DNA of 64,000 bases. Source: Antedon mediterranea. Lineage: Eukaryota > Animalia > Echinodermata. The position numbers and the translations under genes were made by a program. The stretch covers positions 13,426,948 through 13,490,947 of the forward strand of contig NC_092673.1 of assembly GCF_964355755.1 (NCBI RefSeq), written 5' to 3'. The notes beneath the pieces were generated by a model. That model was not told the DNA's origin. It saw only the letters and a list, made by a program, of their open reading frames with translations, and ran no database searches. Position 1 is the first letter of the stretch. Each line of letters starts with the position of its first letter. Below are positions 53,850-64,000 of this stretch, one piece after another.

Positions 53850-54140
53850 ACTTTACTTGCTGTGTCTTAACTCTCCTTTTATTATTCCGCTCTAATTTTC
53901 TCTTTCTTTTCTCTAATCTTCTCTACACTTTGTTTTCCAATTTCTCTAATGTCTCTACTTATTTAACACGTCTTCTCCCTGCTTCTCTGCTTTTCCAGCT
54001 CCAATCTCTCCCTCCTTTTTAACACAGCTCGAGGTAACCCTCCATTGCTTTCCTTCTCCAATCCCTCTCTGCCCTTTTTCTCACGTCCGTTCTCTGCTTC
54101 TCCTCCTGCCTAACTCTGCCGCCCTCTATCTTTTCTTCAA
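53850..54140. other. CT-rich low-complexity tract
   Basis: Pyrimidine-rich plus strand; the minus strand reads as stop-interrupted E/K/R-rich coil, possibly a LINE ORF1 relic. Confidence 0.4.
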
Positions 54141-54618
54141 CCCCAAAATCATTACAGTATCTTTGTAAATATCATTTTGAGACAAAAAGCCTCGTACTAT
54201 AGAGGGCGCGAGTCCGCCTAGTTACTATAAACATCGTTCAATGGAGCGTGAAGAGAGAGTCGTGAGGATTGTTTATAATTTTTAGATCGAGGTATACCCG
54301 TAGTAAATTGCTTACCATGGTTTATATAAATTAATTTAAACAAAGTTACATTCGTTTTTCACTTTATATATATTTAATAAACGGGTTATTAAAACCGTAT
54401 TATTTTGTAGTGTTTTACTTGTGAAGTATTTAACCGACCCTGAACAAACAGTGCCACTACGAAATCGAGGTAGCGCTAAATATGAACTCGTATCGTATCG
54501 GCTTAATTTTACGCAATCGGTCAATCAAATACCAATCAAGATACACTCACTACGCCTATTCGTTGTTTACAGTACTGATTTAGTGTATTTTGTGTATCAT
54601 TGTAAGTAAACTGTCAAA

Positions 54619-57506
54619 ATGTTGTCTTCACTCTAGTTTGATGTTGTGGCTTTGTAGATTGTGTGGCAATAAATTTAGAAATTCCGACAAAAAATGTAAA
54701 ATTGCAAATCTTAGGCCAAACATTTCACATCACAATTAGTAGCATTCATCCACAGTTTGTTTGCACTAATGTGAGTCAAAGGCATACAAATTTCAACCTA
54801 TAAAACCATACAACTGGACAGAACACACAACAGAGTCACAACTTTCCAAAGAAACAACAATGGTACATTTTCATCTACTAATACCAATTTGCCATCATTA
54901 CCCAGTCAATTTAAACTAAAAGATGCTTCCAAAGATTGGTTTATGTGTGCCATTTGTACCCTTAAATGTGATGTAATTCCTTGTATAAAATGTTCTTGTC
55001 CTGTAAATGTGTTTGACGTCACAAAGGCATCTGAATTGAGTAAACAGTCACTATTGCGTGTAGAACTGACTTGTAAAAAATGCTCAGACACATTGCTATA
55101 TCATCAATGTGATAGTCATGAATGTAAGTGCCAACAGAAGGTGAAGAAAATACAAAAAGCAGTAACTGAAATCAACAGTAAAATTAATGAGGTCATACCA
55201 GATGAACTTAATGTAATTTAAAAGTACTTATACATAGAGCATGTATTTAAATACGGTTTTAATATCTAATGCATATTATTATTTTTGTACATTTTTTAGT
55301 AAATCATACAGCAGGTTTCTTTAATTTTGTAGCCATTGAAATTCACTGTTATACAGACATCCAACAAGACACAAGGTATTTGTAAAAAAACTATTACCAG
55401 AAGGTCTGCAGAATTTCAACGGTTTGAGAAAAGCATACATGGTGGCGTGAAGCAAAGCCCAACACAACAAACACAGCCTGATGTAGATGTAGGTCTCGCA
55501 TTAAAGACTGATTGTGATCTTGGTTGGCAGCAGTTTCGTAAACTGAGGAGGTAAATAACAATTATTAAATATATATATAAATATTTCATTCAAGACAATA
55601 ATCAATACAAAGCAGACTACATACAAATTGTAGTTCATTTTGTAGAAACAAAAGCAGCATTATAGTGATATGAAACCTTCATTACTACAGTATTACTGTA
55701 CTATCAATACTTTTACAGGTATCTGAACGTAAAATGCGTTCAATGCCGAATTTGATAGTGCAGGATTATGTACATGGAGAATGGTGAAACTAGTGTTCAA
55801 AAATGAAACTGCCAGTAGGGAAAATGGGTTTGAAGAAAGAGAAGCACCAGTTGTAAGAATCAAGATTAGCAAAACATAAATATTTTCCAAGAATTCATTT
55901 TTATAATTTGTTTGTTTTAGATTAGTGAACATTAAACCACATAATGAAGAAATTTTCCTAAAATTTGGTGGCGACAAAGGTGGCGGCTCTACCAAGTTTG
56001 AGATCCAGATTTGTAGCATAGATAGGCCAAATGCACTGAAGAACATATTGGTGGTTCTATTGTTCAATGCACCAGACTACACAGTGAATCTGGCAAGGAC
56101 TCTTCCATTACGGTAATAGTCAAAGAAATAACAGACTTGCATGTACAAGTTTGGAGGTAAGAAATTTTAAGAGATTTTATGTAATACATTTTTTATTTGA
56201 ATGAAGAAACTCTTATCCTTTTAATTTTGATAAATTCTTATTCTTCATCATAGAGGGTACAATATCAGACTGTTCTTTTTCGGAGACTATGACTTCCTTT
56301 TGCGGATATATGGACATGTTACAGAGAGTTTAAATTAAATAGTATTCCTACAGTTTGTAGATTGTTCTTTATTGACTTTATTTCTTAGGCCGATATGGTT
56401 GTTTGTTTTGCCATGCCACCAAAGACCACATGAACAGTGGCATTAGCAAGGAAAACAGAAACATGGTGTCACTCCAGGAGGACTATAAGCAATTTGTTGC
56501 CCATGGCTGTCATGAAGAAACCAGCAAAGACATACCAAGAAATGGTGTTCGAGAGTCAATGGTAAACATTGATATTGACTATGTAAGTTTTAACTATATT
56601 ACAAAAAAACTACGCAATACAAGGCATTTTAACTGTAATGCATTATTCTAATCCATTTTAATCAAATGGTTTTACAGGTTTCAATTCCTTGCCTGCACAT
56701 TTCACTAGGAGTGTTCAAAAAGTTGTTAGACCTATTAGAATCAGATGCCCATAACTTGGACCGACAAATATATAAACTCAGGTAACATTACATACTTTTA
56801 CAAAATCAATATACTAGAAAGAAGCCCATTTTGTATTTAAGTTGTGTTGGGTGCTTGGCCACTAACCACAGCAATGGACAATGTGCTGAAGAAGCATAAA
56901 ATCGACAGGCAAGCATATCATGGAAAAGCCTTTATCGGCAATCATGTTCATAAATGTTGCAAGGTAGGCTTTTCAGATTCCATAATAAAATTATAGTAGA
57001 CTAATAAAATGTTTTGCTCGGTTGTTTACTAACTGTGAAATGTTTGCTCCTAAATACAGATAAACATCATATCACATTTGATCACCGCATGCCAGTCAAC
57101 TTTTGACGAGCAGTCAATGGACTTACCTATAGGTATTGCGAAGGATCTGTAACTGGAATTAAATACCATTAAGGACAAATACTGTTGTTTAGCAAATATT
57201 CAATTGTGGAGCAGAAAATTAACCATACCAGATCGCTTACTTACTTTTGTGGCTTTTCACATGAATAAATCTTCTGGGCGCCTGGTCTACTTGAAAAAAT
57301 CGCCGATAACAATAATAAATAGCGCCCTCATTTTAGAGGGCTAAATTTGTAATATTTGTTGTCTGCTCGTCAGCGCACCAAATTTTTTTTCGGCGATTTG
57401 TTCAGCAAAGCTTCAACTATTCAGGTATTACGTTGCCAAAATTCAGATTAACGGCAAACCTGCAAATATTTTTTATTTAGGCATAAAGGCTGTTTTAATC
57501 ACCGTG
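54619..57506 (+). mobile_element. RAG1-N-like (Chapaev/N-RAG-TP-type) transposase relic B with candidate right terminus
   Basis: LCRLCGNKF, SIHPQFVC, NWTEH, CAIC..CIKC, LTCKKC..SHEC, GLALKTDCDLGWQQFRKLRR, KFGGDKGGGSTKF, FGDYDFL, CLFC, LHISLGVFKK, YHGKAFIGNHVHK; several GT-AG introns. Confidence 0.8.
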
Positions 57507-57734
57507 ACGGCCTGTGTCATTGTAATTTGTGAACTTTATTACCACTCTATGGCCTACATAGGATAGTTTTGTTTATTTATTACAGTACATTTGTCTATTT
57601 TACTAAAATTGTTCTAGTGATTGGTCTTGTCATCAGTAGCCTTATTTTCGAACATAAATTTATATTTATTATTTGTGATATAAGCAACATTAATATTTCT
57701 ATTTTTTTAAATTATTTTTTGAAGTAGGCCTATT

Positions 57735-58600
57735 CTAGGAATCTGTGGAAGAAAATTAAAATCAAAAACATTAATTCGCTATCCAGTGTCAAATTTAAAA
57801 TCAGATATACTTAATTTCATTCAAATTAATCCAAATTTAGAGAAAGAAGAACTCTATCGTACAAATTGCAACCAATGAAAATATCTCATAATTGGCAACA
57901 ACATACTGATGAAGCATGCTACATATATACACAACAACAGCGACCTGGTAGAACATTCTGTATTGTTTGCATGTCACCTTTCAGGCTAAACAAACAAACT
58001 AAAGATGCCTTACAATCTTTGGAATTTATTTGCATCAACTGTGAACAAGTTTTTAAAAACGGTGCTCTAAACCATGTCTGCAGAGGTAAGCAAGTTACAG
58101 CACATCAGTCCTTAACTAATGCCATTGAAATAATTCATAATAAAATACAATGTTGACCAATACCTGAAAATTTACAGCGGTTAGCCGACAAGGTTTTGTG
58201 GAGAACTCTTAAAGAAAACGATATTACTATAATAACAAACGTTTGAACTTAACTTCATATAATTATCTTTACCACAGCCAACGAACCCTCCAACGACGCA
58301 CCAGAGATAGCAACATATAGAAAAAGAGAGCAAAGGTGAAAGTAAGGCACATGCACAGGTACATGTACTGCAATGTACTGATTGCCATCTGGCTTGGGAC
58401 CAGCTTCAGAAACTAAAAAGGTAATATAAAGAAGTCATAGTAATTTTTAAAACTGTTTTATAATTTGTCATTTTACTAGATACATTGGCAACAAGAAAGA
58501 AAGATGCGCTTACACCAACAAGAACTGATTGACGGCAAACTTTTTGTTTCAAGACACAGTCCTGTTGTTGAAGTATCTGATATTAGAAAATACAGGGAGG
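57735..58600 (+). pseudogene. RAG1-N-like transposase relic C (N-terminal part only)
   Basis: ICG..., NWQQHTDEAC..QQRPGR, CIVC, LQSLEFICINC..NHVC; truncated by the next element. Confidence 0.5.
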
Positions 58601-58727
58601 TATGTATACTACTGTATACTGTACTGTATAATAATGAATTTGTTTACATATTTAATTTATGGTGTGAAAGGAGCAAATTTTCCTCAGAACAAATAATTAG
58701 GCCTAGGATACAAAACTAAGCCTAGCT

Positions 58728-61688
58728 ACCCCACAAAAAATAAATCCGGGATCCCAGCGGGATCGTATAATCCCAGCGGGAAATCACAATCCCGGTGGGA
58801 TTTTTTTCTCGATTGTTCTCTTGATTGTTCGGGATTAACCAGGATTTTTTGCGAATGTATCGGGATGAATGGGATTTTCTTCTTAAAAACAGGATACGTC
58901 GGGATATTTTCCCGATTGTTTGGAATTAACCAGGATTTGTTTCTAATGTATCGGGATACGTTCGTGATCAATCAGGATTTTAGAGATATTATTAGAGTAT
59001 TATAATTATTGTTATTATAATTATTATTATTACTATCATCGTTATCATTATATGTATTTATATATATAAATTTCTTTTTATTCATCCGCCGAAGCTGGAG
59101 CATATTGAATCAATGCAAACGCAATTGCATAATAAAGTCGATGGACTACTAAAATGTAAGCATTGCATTCGAGCAGTGTACAAGGTATGTTTCTGTATAT
59201 CAATACACACTAACGAAATATAAATAACACTAAACTAAAATTATTATTATTTGGTTTCTGAAATAAATGTATTAGCCAATGATCATCATCACCACCAACC
59301 ACCTAGTAAAAATCAACAACTTAATCTAATGAAAGTATTTGTTATTTTACAGAATCCTCAATGACCGAAGATTCTCCTATGGATGAGGAAAACAGTGATG
59401 GTAAGACAGTTTTATCGATTAACCCATTGAACCATAATTTAATTATCCAAGTAGAATCGATTAATATTATATTTGTATGCATATTTGTTGATTATTACCA
59501 TGCATTATCATGTAATTATTAAATTTTATATAGAGCCTAATACGATGCATTGACTGTTTCGATCCTTATGTTATGTGTTAGGAGGTAACTGTTGGTTCGG
59601 ATCTCCTGTATAATATTATAAAAGAACATGCAAATATATACAGGAATGCTTACGTTGCATTCATCAGCTGGGTAACCAATAGCCTAATACCTCAACAAAT
59701 AATTCATCAGCTCGATTGCAGTACGCAAATCAAACAATAAAAACATGTTAGTGTAAAAAGTCTGTTAATTATCTCATGTTCCGTTGCAGTCTGTCTCGTA
59801 CTGCCGTTAAAAAGAGACTTCAAATTTGTGTAAACAATGTTAACAATACAATAAAAAACAACTATTACCATTAATTTCTTTAGACAGGTATGGCATACTT
59901 GGGTGACGCCAAATGGGGAATGCGTGTCAACACTCACAGATTAAAAAGTTGTGAAAGCTTCAGCACCACAGTGGAGAAGCTGGCACTCTCTCTCCTTGAA
60001 ATGGTGGTCACCAGGGAGGAATGTGCAAACACAACAATATACGACCATGGCAAGAACAAGCAGCCATTGGCCAAAAACAAAAGAGAAGCACTGAGAAGTG
60101 AGGACTGTATATTTATCTAACTTTAAATATAACTATATGCCTAGGTTGTATAATTTATGTAAACAAAACAATTGAGCTGAACAAAACACAATTTTAAGTG
60201 TGACGAAACAACATGTTTACCAACCCCCTTTTCTACAAAACATATAAAATAGTACAGTGAAATTTAAGTGGATTGTATCTAATTAAAAACATTGTTCTAA
60301 ATCAATTTTTATTTGAATTTTCAGGTCATCTCTTCGCTTGCTTCAACATCGAAGAAACAAAAAAACAAAACGTATAGGAGGAAATTGTCAAGAAATTAAA
60401 TGATAAAATCCGAGCAATAAGAAACAACAAATACAAAATCAATTAAATGACAACAAAATGAAATTAATAAAACAATGAACCATGCAAAACAATGAAATGA
60501 ATTAATAATTAAATCTGTTACCTATATGCTGTACCGTTTCCATACGAGAGAAAAATCTGTGACATCACCTGCTATCCTGCCGCTAACAATCTGTTTTAAT
60601 CTGAACATATGTATATTTTAAAGATATTTTCTTAATTCTATCTTTTTAAATTTACAATTTTTTATAAAAACACATTGCTGAATTTTATAGTTTTATCTAA
60701 ATTTTAATAGAATCCATGTATTATTCATTTTATGTAAGTATTTCGATGTGGAGAGCCTCTCGACGGTTATTTTTATTTGTAACTTTTAGGTTATCCGGCC
60801 TCATTGACTTACTTTTGTATTGTTTTTTTGTACTGTTCTGTATATTGGCGAAATAAATGATATGATATGATATGATATATGACAACCCGACAAGTGATCT
60901 GTTAATCCCACCATCCACCACCACCATTTCGATCGGGCAGCCGGAATTTTAGCCGACTAATAACCCCGATTTCAGCCGAGAATCACAATATAATTATATT
61001 GTTATATTGTGATATCCAGTTATTTTTATAATTTTGGGATTTCGATCAGAATAACCGGATCCCACCAGGAATCCCGACAATTAATTTCGATCCCGATCAA
61101 GATTTAGATTGGTCCCTGGTCCCGATCCCGGTCGGGATCCCGATCAAGATTTCGATTGGAATTGACCTGATCCCGCCAGGAATTCCTTCCAATCCCGATC
61201 GGGATTTCTGTCAGGATCCTAACGGTAAAGCGTCCTAGTAATCCCGATCGGGATTTCGGCCGGGATCCCACCAGGAATCACGACAAATATTCCTGATCCC
61301 GATCGGGATCCCGATCAAGATTTCGATTGGGATTTGACCGGATCCCGTGGAGAATTTCCTCCCAATTCCGATCGGGATTTCTGCCGAGAAAGCTTCCCAC
61401 CGGGAATCCCGACCAATAATCCCGATCCCGATCGGGATCCTGATCAAAATTTCGATTGGGATATTTTCTTCCAATAATCCCGATCGGGAACGGGATTTCG
61501 GCCGCGATTTTTCCCAACAATCCCGATCTGGATTTCGGTCGGGATCCCACCGGGAATCCTGACCAATAATCCCGATCCCGATCAAAATTTCGATTGGGAT
61601 TTCCTTCCAATAATCCCGATCGGGAACGGGATTTCGGCGGGGATCCCGTCGAGAATTTTCCCAATAATCCCGATCGAAATTGTAGGGT
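58728..61688 (+). mobile_element. TIR DNA transposon (TA-CCC...GGG-TA, EnSpm-like) with CCCGATCGGG subterminal repeats
   Basis: CTACCCCACAA at left versus TTGTAGGGTAG at right; repeat blocks at 58745-58980 and 61035-61680. Confidence 0.65.
59883..60445 (+). pseudogene. BEN-domain-like protein exons inside the TIR element
   Basis: KLALSLLEMVVTREECANTTI..K.PL..NKREALR|HLF..EIVKKLNDKIR across intron ~60098-60324; one stop codon; short upstream exons from ~59110. Confidence 0.55.
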
Positions 61689-62519
61689 AGGCTAGGCCTA
61701 AAGACTGTCCCTTAGAGGACCATAAAACCATTTAAGACCAGGAATGAGGAGGGGAGAGAGAGAGAGAGATGCGCGCCAGTCGGAAAAACCTACCCGTCCT
61801 CTTTCAGCTGCTGCACACCAAACATATGGAGCTGGAGCTTGTATGGATTATTGTTCTGCTCTTCTTTAACCTCGAGTTCAACACTTTTTCCAGCAGCCCA
61901 GTTTGGATTTTTCAATCAACCGATTTACAAAATTATAAATAATTCAGAAGGAGGAGTGCCATGATTATAGCTGCTATCAAGACTCGTATCACGATGAAGA
62001 GGGTATGAAGAAAGGCCGCTAATAACCAGTACACACAGTACACGCAACCAAAGAGGCACGAAAATATCGAAACGCGCAATTAATTTCACATTCCATATAA
62101 TAAAACCGTGCGTCACCACCTCCTCCTGCAATCCTCCGACGATCTTCTCTCACGAGCGGATAGGTCGACGATCGCATCACTGTCTCCGTGTTCGTGATAT
62201 ACTTTTTGTGAATAACATTTCGTTGTATTCAAACGTTAAGAGCGCTCTACTCCATGTTAATTTTATTTTAAAAAGACATGGCTGATAAATTTTAGGGGGT
62301 GCTAAAGCCTGTTTAGCCCCCGACTAAATCCGCGCCTGAGTACAGAACAGGAAATGCAAACATTACATGCAAAATGTGAAAGCAGAACCTTGCTTTGTCT
62401 TGATAAGGACTACTTTGTAGAGCAAGGGGAGGTGGAGGAGTTAGCCAAGGAGATTTCACAATAATAATTTAAAATATTTTATAAACTATTAATTTGTATG
62501 CATAGGTTTCAGTACCAAG

Positions 62520-62672
62520 TACTGAACTCGTCCGAGCTTTTGGGGCATAATCATTGTGGCCAAATTTGGTGAGAATCGGATATAAACTGTGGCCTCCAGG
62601 CTGTTCACAGACACACACACAGACACACAAACATACAGGGGTGAAAACATAACCTCCTTGGCGGAGGTAATA
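62520..62672 (+). mobile_element. End of a non-autonomous Helentron-associated (HINE/DINE-like) element
   Basis: AAATTTGGTG..., a CA-rich microsatellite, then the terminal hairpin GAAAACATAACCTCCTTGGCGGAGGTAAT. Confidence 0.65.
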
Positions 62673-64000
62673 ATATACTCACCGATGAATCATTTGTCAC
62701 AATCTGTAGACCCTCTTGACTCGGTTGAGTTTCTGTGTGGGGTACAGCCGTCGGTACAACATTCAATAGATGGTTTGTACATTTCATTGATAATTGTAAG
62801 CATGAAATGTTCAGCTAAAAATACAGTGATTCTGGTAGCAATATGATAGGTTGTTGATCGTCTGGGGGTTGATTAATCTCGAACCAATAAAAACGGCGGA
62901 GTAATCCTGCATATTTGGGTTCTTTGTTATGTTCAGTAAGTTGTTGTGGTATGTTCTCATTTTTAGCAATGACGACCCATTTCTTCATGTGTTTTGACGG
63001 TGAACTGGTCGCCGGATGCTAACCTCCACAATGTTGATCTGTTCGATCAGTTGGTTAAAGATTTCGAAGTGCAATCGTCAGAGACAATGACAGTTTGTTC
63101 CAACGACATCGCATAAATAATCCTCGTCAAAGTCATTTGTGCCGTTAAAACAAACACCCATCATACCGCGTTGTAGTTGCGGTGACAATAGGACATGATG
63201 AGCATCATACACATTAATTTATGAGAATCTTCTAAATGTCCCTTAAAATTGTCTATAGGCTACACAACAAAAACATCTAGTGGCTGGAAAGGAGACCAGT
63301 CGGCGTCATAACGCATCGTAGCAACTGAAGAAGTCAAGCTGACAGCTAGACGAAACTGTCAGTTTTATTGGTTTACTATCAAAGAACTACTTATATCATA
63401 ATAAAAGTAATGATTTATCATGCTTATTTTGCAGTATTACAGGCTTTAGGAGAGCGCACAAAATAAAAAAGATGACATGCTACGTAATTATTTTAATTAG
63501 CACAAACATTTTTAAGAAAGCATCATTAATAGAATAGCACACCTTATGTACCACCTGTAATTGTGATAAGCATAAATTGGTAATATTTTTTACTTTTTTT
63601 ACACTATCACAAATGTGCTGTAAATGTATTTCAATTTCATTTTTCAATAATTTTAGAAGAAAAATGTGATGTTGATTATATTGACAACATGTCATGTAAT
63701 CAAATAAAAATAGAACAGTAGGTGAATCATTTATTGTATTTTTAATTAATTAATTACGGATCTTGTGAATAAGGTAGTGGTGTCTGAGAAAAGGGCACCG
63801 GAGACAACTCAGTAGGGTCAAATAACAACAATAATAAAGACATTTCATTTATATCTGTATTTATTTATAATCAAAATTTCAATATCTTTCAGGTTAAACC
63901 TACTTACATGGCATAATGGTGGTATTCCACAAGATGAATTGTTGATTAAAGTGGGTAGCGGTAATTTTAAACAAATGTTGCAATTATGTAATGTTGAACA

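Noticed and set aside
54619-58600. True RAG1/RAG2 (ProtoRAG) locus
   Set aside because: No kelch/PHD RAG2-like partner is visible and the core motifs (GGDKGG, GDYDF) differ from RAG1 (DGMGD, GYDEK).
61235-61664. Three overlapping repetitive ORFs
   Set aside because: Translation artefacts of the CCCGATCGGG subterminal repeats.
62900-63240. Coding-like composition near the window end
   Set aside because: The frames I read contain stops and no recognisable motif.

Overview
AT-rich eukaryotic DNA with spliceosomal GT-AG introns, most likely from a marine invertebrate (an echinoderm-like deuterostome is my inference). It is a nested transposon graveyard, and I found no intact housekeeping gene. 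Recognisable parts are: (1) three diverged, intron-containing RAG1-N-terminus-like (Chapaev/N-RAG-TP-type) transposase relics, one followed by a 23-RSS-like terminus; (2) a Helitron/Helentron RepHel pseudogene (STPR, OTU, Rep, PIF1) split by a CR1/L2 LINE and by an Academ-type foldback element; (3) a multi-exon CACTA/EnSpm transposase; (4) the 3' half of a DIRS element with an open tyrosine recombinase frame; (5) PIF/Harbinger relics plus Academ, Penelope, RTE and L1/Tx1 fragments; (6) a TIR element carrying a BEN-like gene; (7) a tandem-DED immune-type gene fragment; (8) shuffled copies of an OB-fold gene; (9) a tRNA-derived SINE inserted in a head-to-tail array of 73-bp tRNA-shaped units. 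All family calls come from motif recognition by eye; no database searches were run.
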